A DNA stretch of 64,000 nucleotides from an uncultured Solirubrobacterales bacterium (lineage in GTDB: Bacteria; Actinomycetota; Thermoleophilia; Solirubrobacterales; 70-9), in contig CAWHXR010000001.1 of NCBI GenBank assembly GCA_963833375.1, forward strand, positions 408,429 through 472,428, read 5' to 3'. The position numbers and the translations under genes are program-made. The notes below the pieces were generated by a model. That model saw nothing but the letters and a program-made list of their open reading frames with translations, searched no databases and was not told the origin of the DNA. Below, piece by piece: positions 39,858 to 50,031 of the stretch. Within the stretch, counting starts at the first letter, position 1, and each line of letters begins with the position of its first letter.

Positions 39858-40525
39858 GCCGCGGCGGCCTGCGGGGCGCCGACCAGCGCCCGGAACAGGG
39901 CGAGGCCGTCGTCGGAGCCCGTGAGCGGGTCGACGGCGTGCTCGGGATGAGGCATCAGGCCGAGCACGTTGCCGGCCCGGTTGATCACCCCGGCGATGTC
40001 GCGAGCGCTCCCGTTCGGGTTCTCCCCCGCGGCGTAGCGGAAGGCGACCTGCCCGTTTCCCTCCAGGCGATCGAGCTCGTCGTCTGGGGCGAAGTAGCGG
40101 CCGCTCATGTGCTTGATCGGGATCGAGAGGCGCTCGCCCGCGCCGAGCTCCGAGCCGAACGGCCCCGCGACGTCCTCGGCGACGAGGTCGACCTGCCGGC
40201 AGATGAAGCGAAGCCCCTCGTTGGGGAGCAGCGCGCCGGGCAGGAGGCCCGCCTCGCAGAGGACCTGAAAGCCGTTGCAGATCCCGAGCACCGCGCCGCC
40301 ATCGGCGGCGAACCGGGAGACGGCCTCCATCGCGGGCGAGAAGCGCGCGATTGCTCCGGCTCGCAGATAGTCGCCGTAGGAGAACCCGCCGGGCACCACC
40401 ACGCCGTCCAGCCCTGACAGGTCTGTTTCCTCGTGCCAGACCAGCCGGCCCTCGCCGACCCGCCTGACGGCGGCCAGCGCATCGCGCTCGTCGCAGGACC
40501 CCGGGAACTGGATGACGCCGATCAC
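39854..40525 (-). CDS. purQ: phosphoribosylformylglycinamidine synthase glutaminase subunit
   Basis: Class I GATase with GGFSYGD, catalytic GICNGFQ and HPE. 4-nt overlaps on both sides. Confidence 0.92.
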   Translation of the reverse strand: MIGVIQFPGSCDERDALAAVRRVGEGRLVWHEETDLSGLDGVVVPGGFSYGDYLRAGAIARFSPAMEAVSRFAADGGAVLGICNGFQVLCEAGLLPGALLPNEGLRFICRQVDLVAEDVAGPFGSELGAGERLSIPIKHMSGRYFAPDDELDRLEGNGQVAFRYAAGENPNGSARDIAGVINRAGNVLGLMPHPEHAVDPLTGSDDGLALFRALVGAPQAAAA

Positions 40526-40779
40526 TGGTCGATCTCCACCTCGTAGTCCTCGATCAGGGGGTTCGCGAGCAGCTTCTCGCAGAGCGCGTCGAGCTTGCTC
40601 GGATCGTCGGTCTCCAGCTCGACGAGCCGGCCGACGCGCACGTCGTGGACGCCCTCGAAGCCGAGCGCCGGCAGCGCTCTCTCCACGGCCTTCCCCTGCG
40701 GATCGAGGATCCCCTCCTTGGGCCTGATCAGAACCTTGGCCTTCACCGGCCCAGCGTACAAGCGCACCCGGCCCAACAA
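40522..40779 (-). CDS. purS: phosphoribosylformylglycinamidine synthase subunit PurS
   Basis: [22 protein letters not shown] motif. GTG at 40746 is an alternative start. Confidence 0.85.
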   Translation of the reverse strand: MLGRVRLYAGPVKAKVLIRPKEGILDPQGKAVERALPALGFEGVHDVRVGRLVELETDDPSKLDALCEKLLANPLIEDYEVEIDQ

Positions 40780-40788
40780 GTCGCGTGA

Positions 40789-41643
40789 TCAGTCCAGTTT
40801 GCGGCCGGTAATGCGCTCGTAGGCCTCGATGTACTTGGCCCGCGTGTTCTGGACGACCTCGTCGGGCAGCTCCGGGCCGGGGTCAGTGTGATCCCAGTCC
40901 ACCGAGTCGGAGTAGTCGCGCACGTACTGCTTGTCGAAGGACGCCTGCGAGCGCCCGGGCTCGTAGTCGTCGGCGGGCCAGAAGCGCGAGGAGTCGGGGG
41001 TCAGGACCTCGTCGCCGAGGACAACCTCGGCCCCGGCCGTGCTGCCGAACTCGAACTTCGTGTCGGCGAGGATGATGCCCCGCTCCGCCGCGTGGTCGGC
41101 GGCCTTCTCGTAGATCTCGATCGAGACCCGGCGCAGCTCCTCCATCAGCGGGCGGCCGCCGATGATCTCGGCGGCCCGGTCGAAGTCGATGTTCTCGTCG
41201 TGCTCGCCGAGCTCCGCCTTGGTCGCGGGGGTGAAGATCGGCTCGGGAAGCACCTCGGATTCGCGCAGCCCCTCAGGCAGCTCGATCCCGCAGACGGCGC
41301 CGGACTCCCGATACTCCTTCCAGCCGGATCCGGAGAGGTAACCGCGGACGACGCACTCGACCGGGTACATGTCGAGCTTCTTGACCCGCATGCCCCTGCC
41401 GGCCGCCTCCGGCGGGACGTCCTCGGAGATGAAGTGGTTCGGGACGATGTCGCCGGTCAGCTCGAACCAGAAGAGCGACATCTGGGTCAACACTTTCCCC
41501 TTGTCCGGGATCTCGGTGGGCAGGATCACGTCGTAGACCGAGATCCGATCCGAGGCGACCATGATCAGCTCGTCGCCGTCCTCGTAGATCTCGCGGACCT
41601 TGCCCGAGGCGTGCAGACGCAGATCGGTGAGCGATGAGGTCAT
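40789..41643 (-). CDS. purC: SAICAR synthetase
   Basis: Starts at [20 protein letters not shown] (ATG 41643) inside the longer ORF. Motifs SDRISVYD and [10 protein letters not shown]. Confidence 0.92.
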   Translation of the reverse strand: MTSSLTDLRLHASGKVREIYEDGDELIMVASDRISVYDVILPTEIPDKGKVLTQMSLFWFELTGDIVPNHFISEDVPPEAAGRGMRVKKLDMYPVECVVRGYLSGSGWKEYRESGAVCGIELPEGLRESEVLPEPIFTPATKAELGEHDENIDFDRAAEIIGGRPLMEELRRVSIEIYEKAADHAAERGIILADTKFEFGSTAGAEVVLGDEVLTPDSSRFWPADDYEPGRSQASFDKQYVRDYSDSVDWDHTDPGPELPDEVVQNTRAKYIEAYERITGRKLD

Positions 41644-41945
41644 CCGCCGCCGACCGCGGGCTGGTAGGCGGGATGGGCCCGCGCCCACTTGACGATCTTG
41701 CCCGAGCCGACCACGGTCTTGCCCTCGTCGAGGACGAGGACGGGCACGTTGATCTGCCCCGTAAGCCTCCTGACCTCCTCGCGTCCGCGGCGACGCTTGC
41801 CCCAGGTCCAGGGGGCGAGGCGGTAGCCCGGAAGGTCGCGAATCTCGTACTCGTATCCCGCCTGGTCGAGCGCCCTGGCCGCCCGTCCGCAGGGGTGCCC
41901 GATCGAGGCCTGCTTCTTCTTCTGTCCGCAGGTGTAGAGGATCAC
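41640..41945 (-). CDS. glutaredoxin-like / GST-N-terminal-like thioredoxin-fold protein
   Basis: 101 aa with MILYTC...GHPCGRA...[26 protein letters not shown] overlap with purC and a 4-nt overlap with purB. Confidence 0.6.
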   Translation of the reverse strand: MILYTCGQKKKQASIGHPCGRAARALDQAGYEYEIRDLPGYRLAPWTWGKRRRGREEVRRLTGQINVPVLVLDEGKTVVGSGKIVKWARAHPAYQPAVGGG

Positions 41946-43225
41946 GCCGCAAGCCTATCCAGGCGGCCGATGACCTCGGGGACGTGCTCGAGATACGCCT
42001 GGTAGTCGAAGACCGCATCGAGGTCGAGTTGCGGCGCCGCTGCGCCGATCAGCTCCCGGAAGCTCGTCCCCTCGTCCCAGGCCCGCTGGGCGTTCTCCTG
42101 AACCACGCGGTAGGCGTCGTCGCGCGTCATCCCGGACTCGACCAGCGCGGTCAGGGCCCGCTGGCTGAAGAGGGCGCCGTGGGTGAGCTCGATGTTCTCC
42201 CGCATTCGGTCGGTGTGGACCGTCATCCCCTCGACGATCCGGGTGGCGATGTGCTGCATGTAGTCGAGCGCGATCGCCGCGTCCGGCAGCACGACCCGTT
42301 CGGCGCCGGAGTGGGAGATGTCCCGCTCGTGCCAAAGGGCGATGTTCTCGATGCCTACCTGCGAGTAGCCGCGCAGGACACGCGCCAGGCCGCAGAGCCG
42401 CTCGGCCAGGATCGGGTTGCGCTTGTGCGGCATCGCCGAGGAGCCCTTCTGGCCGGAGCCGAACGGCTCCTCGACCTCCCGCACCTCGGTGCGCTGGAGG
42501 TTGCGGATCTCGGTGGCGAAGCGCTCCAGGCCCGCGCCCGCGATCGCGATCCGCGCCAGCACGACCGCGTGCCGGTCGCGCGGCACGACCTGGGTGGAGA
42601 CGTCCTCCGCGGTCAGCTCGAGCGCGTCCATCACCTTCGCCTCGACCGACGGCGGCACTGAGGCGTAGGTGCCGACCGCGCCCGAGAGGTTCCCGACGGC
42701 CGCCTGCTCGAACGCGTCGCTCAGCCGCTGCAGGTTACGGTCGGCCTCGAAGGCGAAGCTCGCCAGCCGCAGGCCGAAGGTGGAGGGCTCGGCGTGGACG
42801 CCGTGGGTGCGCCCGACGCAGAGGGTCTCCGCGAACTCCTTCGCCCGCTTCACCAGCGCATCCCGGTAGGCCCGCGCGCCCCGGACGACGATCTCGCCCG
42901 CATCGGAGAGCTGCAGCGCCAGGGCCGTGTCGAGCACGTCCGACGAGGTGAGCCCGTAGTGCAGCCAGCGCCCCTGCTCCCCGATCGAGCTCGAGACCAC
43001 GTCGACGAAGGCGGCCACGTCGTGACCGGTGGTTCGCTCGCGTTCCTCCACCGCCTCGACCGTGAAGGAGGCTCGCTCCCGGCAGGCCCGGGCGGCCTCC
43101 TCCGGCACGATGCCCTCGGCGGCCCACGCCTCCGTGGCCGCCAGCTCCACCTTCAGCCAGGTCTCCATCCGGCGCTGCTGGGTCCAGACCGCGCCGATCT
43201 CCTCCCGTGTGTAGCGAGGGATCAC
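41942..43225 (-). CDS. purB: adenylosuccinate lyase
   Basis: Fumarate-lyase signature [11 protein letters not shown]. 427 aa. Confidence 0.95.
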   Translation of the reverse strand: MIPRYTREEIGAVWTQQRRMETWLKVELAATEAWAAEGIVPEEAARACRERASFTVEAVEERERTTGHDVAAFVDVVSSSIGEQGRWLHYGLTSSDVLDTALALQLSDAGEIVVRGARAYRDALVKRAKEFAETLCVGRTHGVHAEPSTFGLRLASFAFEADRNLQRLSDAFEQAAVGNLSGAVGTYASVPPSVEAKVMDALELTAEDVSTQVVPRDRHAVVLARIAIAGAGLERFATEIRNLQRTEVREVEEPFGSGQKGSSAMPHKRNPILAERLCGLARVLRGYSQVGIENIALWHERDISHSGAERVVLPDAAIALDYMQHIATRIVEGMTVHTDRMRENIELTHGALFSQRALTALVESGMTRDDAYRVVQENAQRAWDEGTSFRELIGAAAPQLDLDAVFDYQAYLEHVPEVIGRLDRLAA

Positions 43226-43232
43226 GTTCCGC

Positions 43233-43557
43233 TCATGCGGCGAGCCTCGGCTCCGGTGGAGCCAATGCCTCCGTCAGCAGTTGGGTGTCGCAGTACTCGG
43301 TCAGCTCCCTCACCATGCCGTCGGCGAGCCGGCAGACGTAGCAGTAGGAGTTCCGATACGGCTTGCCCGCCTTGGTGTGGACATCGCCGCGGGATTCGAT
43401 CACAACCCAGTCATCCTCTGCGACCCGACCCGGCGGTGTCCCCGATGATGGTCCAGCGCACGTCCTCGGCGAGAGCGCCGACGAACGGCCGCCCGTTGCC
43501 GTGGGCCAGCTCGGCGAACACGTCACGCATCAGTCGCTTGTTCTCTGCTGCGTTCAC
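43233..43557 (-). pseudogene. SnoaL/NTF2-like protein gene with internal deletion and frame change
   Basis: GGAGG lies 8 nt before GTG 43557, which gives VNAAENKRLMRDVFAELAHGNGRPFVGALAEDVRWTIIGDT and then a stop after 48 codons. The family C-terminus AEDDWVVIESRGDVHTKAGKPYRNSYCYVCRLADGMVRELTEYCDT continues in another frame (ORF 43233-43526). About 30 family-typical residues are missing between the two parts. Confidence 0.6.
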
Positions 43558-43654
43558 GATGGGCACCTCCTGGCAGTTGGTTGCTCCACGACGGTAGGCC
43601 CAGAAGAGCTATGCCACAAGCGACGATCCAGCACAGCTACCATGCGTAATACGC

Positions 43655-44593
43655 ATGGCTGAGCTTAGCCTGACCGGGTTGAGGGTCCTGCGCGAGGTCG
43701 CCACCCGCGGCTCGTTCACGGCCGCCGCCGAGTCGCTCGGCTACACGCAGTCCGCGATCTCTCGGCAGGTCTCCGGCCTCGAGGGAGCCGCCGGGGCGAC
43801 CCTCTTCGAGCGCGGGCCGCGTGGGGTGCGGCTGACCGAGGCGGGCACCACCCTGCTCATGCATGCCGGGACCGCCCTCGACGAGCTCGACGCGGCCCGC
43901 CGCGAGCTCGAGGGGATCACCGTGAGGGCCACCGGCCGGTTGCGCATCGGGGCTTTCCCGACCGCTGTCGCGGCGCTGCTTCCCCCAGCCCTCGCGGCCT
44001 TCCGGAACGGCCATCCTGGCGTCGAGATCTCGCTCAGGGAGGGCAGTACCCCCTCGCAGATCCGCCGGGTCGTCTCCGGCTCGGCGGACGTCGCCGTGAT
44101 CGGGGTGCTGCCCGGGGCCCGTGCGACGCACGACCGGCGGCTCAGGCTCGAGCACCTGCTCGAGGACCCCCTTCTGCTTGCCGTCGGGCAGGCCCACCCG
44201 CTGGCCCGGCGGCGGACGGTTGCCCTCGACGACCTGGCCGGGGAGCGGTGGATCGCCGCCAGCCCGAAGGCGAACGACACCTTCCTCGGCGCCTGGGAGT
44301 GGGCCGAGTGGCAACCCAGGGTCGAGTTCATCGCGCGGGAGTGGACGGCCAAGCTGGGCCTGGTCGCGGCCGGCCTCGGGGTGACACTTGTGCCCGGCCT
44401 GGCCGCCGACGCGGTTCGCCCCGACGTGGCCCTGGTCCGCATCCGGAGCGAGAGGCCCGCGAGCCGCGAGGTGCTGATCGCGACGCGCCGCGGCGGGGAC
44501 CAGGCGCCGCACGCGGACGCGTTCGGCGAGCTGCTGGGGGAGGCGGCAGCGGAGCTCTCGGCGCAGCTGCAGCGCCGGGTCCGCGCGCGCTGA
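43655..44593 (+). CDS. LysR-family transcriptional regulator
   Basis: N-terminal HTH LRVLREVATRGSFTAAAESLGYTQSAISRQV plus a substrate-binding domain. Divergent from the SnoaL-like remnant. Confidence 0.9.
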   Translation: MAELSLTGLRVLREVATRGSFTAAAESLGYTQSAISRQVSGLEGAAGATLFERGPRGVRLTEAGTTLLMHAGTALDELDAARRELEGITVRATGRLRIGAFPTAVAALLPPALAAFRNGHPGVEISLREGSTPSQIRRVVSGSADVAVIGVLPGARATHDRRLRLEHLLEDPLLLAVGQAHPLARRRTVALDDLAGERWIAASPKANDTFLGAWEWAEWQPRVEFIAREWTAKLGLVAAGLGVTLVPGLAADAVRPDVALVRIRSERPASREVLIATRRGGDQAPHADAFGELLGEAAAELSAQLQRRVRAR

Positions 44594-44602
44594 CCGGATG
44601 CT

Positions 44603-45079
44603 CTAGGTGCTGATGATCCTGACGGCGAGCAGCCCGGCGTTCTTGGCTCCGTCGATCGCCACGCACCCCACCGGGACCCCGGGCGGCATCTGCACGGCCG
44701 AGAGCAGTGCGTCGAGGCCGCCGAGGTTCTTGCCCGAGATCGGCACGCCGATCACCGGCAGGTCGGTGTGCGCGGCGGCGAAGCCCGGCAGCGCCGCCGA
44801 CATCCCCGCGCCCGCGATGATCACCTTGAGCCCCCGCATCCGGGCGTTGGTGCAGTACTCGCGCGTCGCGTCGGGGTCGCGGTGCGCGCTCAGGACCCTG
44901 ACCTCGTAGCGAATCCCGTTGTCCTGGAGGGCCTCCCCAGCCGGCTGGAGCTTGGGCTTGTCGTTCTTCGACCCCATGATGATCCCGACCAGCGGGGCGT
45001 CGACCTCGATCTCCTCGAACGCCTTCTCGACCTCGGGCATCGTCTCTGCTACCTCGCCCTCGGGCATCAGCTCCTCCAT
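44603..45079 (-). CDS. purE: PurE-family (AIR carboxylase / N5-CAIR mutase) protein with atypical active-site motif
   Basis: VGIIMGSKND, VLSAHRDP and VIIAGAGMSAALPG (family motif G-x-A-A-H-L-P-G), then VIGVPI and VQMPPGVPV. Confidence 0.8.
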   Translation of the reverse strand: MEELMPEGEVAETMPEVEKAFEEIEVDAPLVGIIMGSKNDKPKLQPAGEALQDNGIRYEVRVLSAHRDPDATREYCTNARMRGLKVIIAGAGMSAALPGFAAAHTDLPVIGVPISGKNLGGLDALLSAVQMPPGVPVGCVAIDGAKNAGLLAVRIIST

Positions 45080-45105
45080 TCCGTAGTCGTCAGTCCTCGG
45101 TTGTC

Positions 45106-46389
45106 CTATGCCGCTGCCGCTTCACCGTCAGCGGCGCGGGCGGCGATGTCGGTTCGCATCTGCCGGCCCTCGAAGCCGATCAGCTCCGCGGCATCGTAGG
45201 CGCGTCGACGGGCATCCACCGCCGTCGGCCCCAGTCCGGTGACGTTCAGAACGCGGCCGGCCGCCGTCACGACGTCTCCGTCTCGCTGGGCGGTCCCGGC
45301 GTGGGTCACCTCCACTCCCTCGAGCGCGGCTGCCTCGTCGAGCCCGCTGATCACGTCGCCCTTCGATGACGAGGCGGGGTACCCGGCGGACGCGAGCACG
45401 ACGGTCACGGCCCAGTCGTCGCCGAAGTCGGCATCCGCTCCGGCCAGCCCGCCCGGCTCCCGCGAGGCGAGGCAGAGGTCGAGCAGGTCGGAGCGCAGGC
45501 GGGGCAGCACAGCCTGCGTCTCCGGGTCACCGAAGCGGCAGTTGAATTCGAGCACCTTCGGGCCGGCCTCGGTCAGCATCAGCCCGGCGTAGAGCACCCC
45601 GTGGTAGGGGGTCCCCCGCCGGCGCATCGCCTCGACGATCGGGCGGTGCACCAGGCCGGCGATCCGGTCGGTCTCCTCGCGGTCGAATCCGGGGACCGGC
45701 GAGTAGCTCCCCATGCCGCCCGTGTTCGGCCCCCGGTCGCCGTCGTAGATCCGCTTGTAGTCCTGCGCCGGGGCGAGGGGGACGACGTTCTCCCCGTCGC
45801 AGAGCGCGAGGAGCGAGAGCTCCTCGCCCTCGAGGAACTCCTCGATCACGACCTCGGTGTCGCCGAAGCGGCGCTCCTCGAAGAAGACGTCGGCCGCCTC
45901 GCGCGCCTCGGCCTCGGACTGGCAGATGATCACCCCCTTGCCCGCCGCCAGGCCATCGGCCTTCAGCACGGCGGGATAGGACGCGCAGGAGATCTGATCG
46001 AGCGCGTCGGTGCGAGATCGCAGAACCGTGTGGGATGCCGTCGGGACCTCGGCCTCCCTCATCAGCTCCTTGGCATGGAGCTTCGAGCCCTCGATCCGCG
46101 CCGCCTCGCCGCTGGGGCCGAATGCCGCGATCCCCTCGCGCTCCAGCGCGTCGACCAGCCCGGCCACCAGCGGCGCCTCCGGGCCGACCACCACGAGATC
46201 GACCGACTCGTCGGCGGCCGCCCCGACCAGCGCGTCCACGTCCTCCGCGCCCGCCTCGATGCAGCGAGCCTCCTCCGCGATGCCCGCGTTGCCGGGAGCG
46301 CAGAGCAGCTCCGGCCCCCGTGGAGAGCGGGCGAGGGCGCGAATGATCGCGTGCTCGCGCCCCCCTCCGCCGACGACGAGAACCCTCAA
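45106..46389 (-). CDS. purD: phosphoribosylamine-glycine ligase
   Basis: [14 protein letters not shown], an ATP-grasp domain and a C-terminal PurD domain. Confidence 0.95.
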   Translation of the reverse strand: MRVLVVGGGGREHAIIRALARSPRGPELLCAPGNAGIAEEARCIEAGAEDVDALVGAAADESVDLVVVGPEAPLVAGLVDALEREGIAAFGPSGEAARIEGSKLHAKELMREAEVPTASHTVLRSRTDALDQISCASYPAVLKADGLAAGKGVIICQSEAEAREAADVFFEERRFGDTEVVIEEFLEGEELSLLALCDGENVVPLAPAQDYKRIYDGDRGPNTGGMGSYSPVPGFDREETDRIAGLVHRPIVEAMRRRGTPYHGVLYAGLMLTEAGPKVLEFNCRFGDPETQAVLPRLRSDLLDLCLASREPGGLAGADADFGDDWAVTVVLASAGYPASSSKGDVISGLDEAAALEGVEVTHAGTAQRDGDVVTAAGRVLNVTGLGPTAVDARRRAYDAAELIGFEGRQMRTDIAARAADGEAAAA

Positions 46390-46667
46390 AGGGCGCCCGC
46401 CAGCTCCTCGGGCGGGATCGCCGCCAGCGTCTGGCTGCTCATCGTGCCGCGCGAGCCGAGCTCGACGGAGACCTTGGCCATCGTCTTCTCGTCAGGCGCC
46501 TCGACGATGGTGATGAAGTCATACTGGCCGAGCGTGGCCCACTGCTCCTTGACGGTGACCCCGAGTTGCTCGACCTCCTTGTTGACCTCCTGCACCCGGC
46601 TCGGGTTGTTCTTGAGCGTCTGAACGCCCTCGGGGGTCAGATTGGTGAGCATTACGAACGTCGGCAT
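46386..46667 (-). CDS. GYD-domain protein
   Basis: [15 protein letters not shown]...[19 protein letters not shown] lies 6-7 nt before ATG 46667. 4-nt overlap with the purD start. Confidence 0.75.
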   Translation of the reverse strand: MPTFVMLTNLTPEGVQTLKNNPSRVQEVNKEVEQLGVTVKEQWATLGQYDFITIVEAPDEKTMAKVSVELGSRGTMSSQTLAAIPPEELAGAL

Positions 46668-46789
46668 CTGTTCTCCTCTCCTCGTGACTTGCCTCTCGTT
46701 GGACCCCCTTTCTTTCACTTTCGGGCGCCTCGTGCAATCTCGGCCACCGAGCGGCGGCGCGCGTCCGAAACAGTGGAGATGATTTCAAC

Positions 46790-47437
46790 GTGAGCGAGCA
46801 CCCGATCTTCGCCCGCTTCTACGACCGGATGACCGCCGGGACCGAGCGAGCGGGCCTGGGTGAGATGCGGCGGGAGCTGCTCGCGTCGGCCGCGGGGCGC
46901 GTCCTCGAGCTCGGCGCGGGCACCGGCCACAACCTCGAGCACTACACCGCGGCCGTCACCGAGCTCGTCGCGACCGAGCCAGACCCGCACATGGCGCGCC
47001 GCCTTCGAGACCGGCTCGCCGCGGACCCGGCTCTCACCGGGCGCACGTCGGTGGTCGAGGCTCCGGCGGAGGACCTGCCGTTCGACGACTGCACCTTCGA
47101 CACGGTCGTCGCGACGCTCGTGCTCTGCACGGTCGAGGACCCCCACCGCGCTCTGACGGAAGCCCGACGCGTCCTGGTCGAGGGCGGGAAGCTGCTCTAC
47201 CTCGAGCACGTTCGCAGTGACAGGCCGGCGCTGGCACGCTGGCAGAACCGGCTGGAGCGGCCGTGGGGGTTCTTCGCGGCCGGATGCCACCCCAATCGCG
47301 ACACCGGCCAGCAGCTAGCCGACGCCGGGTTCTGGATCGACAGCCTCGAACGCGGCAGGCTGCCGAAGGCTCCGCCGATCGTGCGGCCGCTGATTCGGGG
47401 GGTCGCCCGGCGGCCCTCCGGGGTCGAGTCGGACTAG
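46790..47437 (+). CDS. class I SAM-dependent methyltransferase
   Basis: Motif I VLELGAGTGHN and a post-I acidic residue. Methyltransf_11-like FDTVVATLVLC. GTG start. Confidence 0.8.
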   Translation: MSEHPIFARFYDRMTAGTERAGLGEMRRELLASAAGRVLELGAGTGHNLEHYTAAVTELVATEPDPHMARRLRDRLAADPALTGRTSVVEAPAEDLPFDDCTFDTVVATLVLCTVEDPHRALTEARRVLVEGGKLLYLEHVRSDRPALARWQNRLERPWGFFAAGCHPNRDTGQQLADAGFWIDSLERGRLPKAPPIVRPLIRGVARRPSGVESD

Positions 47438-47449
47438 CCCCGGCGGGAG

Positions 47450-48391
47450 CTACTGGGGTGGCCCGGCCGCCCGTCCCTCCTGCCAGGGGCCCAGTCCCTC
47501 GGCCGTCGCCCAGGGGGATGCCCCGTCGGCCTCGACCTGCCTGGCCATGGCCGCCATCTTCTCCTGCGAGGACTCCGTCGCCGAGGAGACCATGAACCAC
47601 TTGCGCTCGACCGCAAGGCCCTTGGCCAGCGGCCGCGAGCCGCCCTCGTAGACGGCGCGCTTCAGCGACCGGATCGCCTCCGGCGACCGCCGCGCGAGGC
47701 GCTGCCCGATCCGGATCGCCGCCTCCTTCACCTGATCCGCCGGGACGACCGCCTGGACCAGGCCGAAATCGAGCGCCTCGCGAGGGCTCAGCGTCCTGCC
47801 CTCGAGCAGCATCTGCATCGCGCGCCCCACGCCGACCAGCCGCGGCAGCCGCTGGGTCCCTCCCGCGCCGGGGTTGAAGTCGATCGTCATCTCCGGCAGG
47901 CCGATCGCGATGTCGGTGTCGGCCATCAGACGGAGATCGCAGGCGAGTGAGGTCTCGCAGCCGCCGCCGGTGGCGGGCCCGTTGATGGCGGCGATGAAGA
48001 CCACGGAAGAGCGGTTCATCTCCAGGAAGAGCTCGTGAATGCGGTAGAGCTCGAAGACCGCGGCGAGGGGCGTCCGCTCGGCGAGCCCGCGCAGGCCGGG
48101 TATCCGCCTGATGGCGCCGGCCACGCGCAAGACGATGCCCGTCAGCCAGGGCGGCGCGGCGATCCCCGCTCGCCTGACGCCCGCCAGGATCTCGCCGACG
48201 TCGTAGTGGGTGATGTAGAGGTCGTCCGGCTTACCGGTGATCACAACCGCGCCGATCGAGCGATCACCGCTGAGGGAGCGGACCAGCCCCCTCAGCTCGC
48301 GCACCATCTCGCCGTTCATGAAGTTGTGCGGCGGGTTGTCGATCCGCACTTCCAGGACGCGCCCGTGGCGCTCCGTCTCGAGCATCGGCAT
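47450..48391 (-). CDS. enoyl-CoA hydratase/isomerase (crotonase) family protein
   Basis: AAINGPATGGGCETSLACDLR oxyanion-hole region. 313 aa. Confidence 0.8.
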   Translation of the reverse strand: MPMLETERHGRVLEVRIDNPPHNFMNGEMVRELRGLVRSLSGDRSIGAVVITGKPDDLYITHYDVGEILAGVRRAGIAAPPWLTGIVLRVAGAIRRIPGLRGLAERTPLAAVFELYRIHELFLEMNRSSVVFIAAINGPATGGGCETSLACDLRLMADTDIAIGLPEMTIDFNPGAGGTQRLPRLVGVGRAMQMLLEGRTLSPREALDFGLVQAVVPADQVKEAAIRIGQRLARRSPEAIRSLKRAVYEGGSRPLAKGLAVERKWFMVSSATESSQEKMAAMARQVEADGASPWATAEGLGPWQEGRAAGPPQ

Positions 48392-48416
48392 GGGCCCGGA
48401 AGCCTATGCCTACGGC

Positions 48417-50031
48417 CTAGGCGTCGAAGCCGACGTGGACGTGGTCGCAGTGGTCGGCCTGGGCGAACCCGCTCGGGTTGGCCGGGCCGTCGGGGTCGAA
48501 GCAGTAGATCAGCTCGGTCGGCTCCTGACCCGCCGGCAGTGCGCCGAGCTGGCGGGCGATCGTGCCGCACGGCCCGTCGGGGGAGACGTTGGTGCAGGGG
48601 ACGCCGTCGATCGCCGCGATGTCCATGGCGCGGCCGTAGTAGTGGTTCGAGACGTTGCCGCTGGAGGTGGACTTGGAGTGGTCGGAGCGCAGCGCCGAGA
48701 TCCGAATGGTGTGCTGCTGGCTGATCGCGCCGAGGATGTTGAGGATCCGAGGATCGATCGCACCCGACTGGATGTCGACCATCTCGAGTGAGTTCGAGAG
48801 CTCGACGTTGCCCCAGTTGATCGGCGCGTTGGTCGGTCCCGGAAGCGCCACGGAGTAGGCGACCGTCTTCACCTGGCAGCTGCCCGCCATGGCCTCGGCG
48901 TCCTGGAGCACAGCATTGACGTACCACTCCGCGTGGTTGTGCTGGAAGAGACCGGCTCGCACGTCGCCCGAAGCCCAGATCATCCGCGCCAGGGTCGCCG
49001 CGGAGTCGGCGGGGCTCTCGTGCCTGACCTTGCCGTCGCCGTCGCCGTCGACCGCATACCTCCTCCAGTTGTCCGCGGTGATTCCGAGCGGGCCAGTCGA
49101 GCTGAGCTGCTCAGCGCTCATGCCCTTGCCGAAATTGGACTCGAGGCGGGCCACCGCGGCGATTGCCCAGACACCGTTCTGGCCCAGGTCGTAGCGGCCC
49201 GCGGCGTCCTGGAAGGCCTTCATGTAGTCGCCCGGGATCGACCGCCTGCGAACCCTTCGCAGGCGCGCAGACCAGCTGCTGTCGCTTCGGGATCAGCGAG
49301 AGTCCGCCGATCGCGCCGTTGCCGATGCCGCTGAAGCAGGCGGCGCGCGCCATCACCTCGGCGACGTACCAGTCGGCGTGGTTGTAGGCGAAGACGGCGC
49401 CCTCGGGGTCCTCCGGCATACCCGCGGCCCGCAGGTATCGCGCCGCGGCGAAGATCGCATCGTTCGGGTTGTTCGGGTCCTTGGTGCCGTCGCCGTCCGC
49501 ATCGACGCCGTAGGTGGCCCAGGTCGATGGCATGAACTGCATCCATCCCTCGGCTCCGGCGGAGGACGGGCCGAGGTTCTGGCCGAAGCCGCTCTCGATC
49601 TCGTTGATCGCCGCGAGGATTGACGGACCGGCCGGTCCAAGGTCGTAGGCCTGGGCGGCCGCCTGGTAGATCGGCCCGAGGTAGGCGGGCACCGCCACCG
49701 GCCCGCAGGCGCCCGGCATCGGGCTGACCGGGGGAGGCGGAGCCGTGCCGCCCACTGTGGCCGTGCCCTTCTCGTTCTCGCCGCCCTTGTGGCCGGGAGC
49801 CTTGCTCCCTCCGTCGCCCGAGGGCTTGGGTGAAGGCTTGGGCTTGGGCTTCGGGACAGGTTTCGGCGCGGGCAGCACCGTCACCGGCGGCTGCGGCTGG
49901 GTCGCCGGGGGGTCAGGCGGGGTGGTGGTCGTGGGCGGCGCCGGATCCGGCGTCGTCTGCGCGTTCGCGCTCTGCGCGGCGATCGCCGCGCCCACGACCA
50001 CCGCCGCCATTGCCGTCCTGATCCTTCCCAT
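48417..50031 (-). pseudogene. secreted two-domain lytic transglycosylase fused to a LAS/M15-type metallopeptidase, split by one frameshift
   Basis: Signal peptide MGRIRTAMAAVVVGAAIAAQSANA, a Pro-rich linker, then SLT-like domain 1 (EIESGFGQNLGPSSAGAEGWMQFMPSTW...DGDG). After a frame change near the C3G3 run at 49231-49236 comes domain 2 (RLESNFGKG...) and the zinc-peptidase motifs SNHYYGRAMD and DHCDHVH. Span is 1615 nt, which is 3n+1. Confidence 0.65.
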
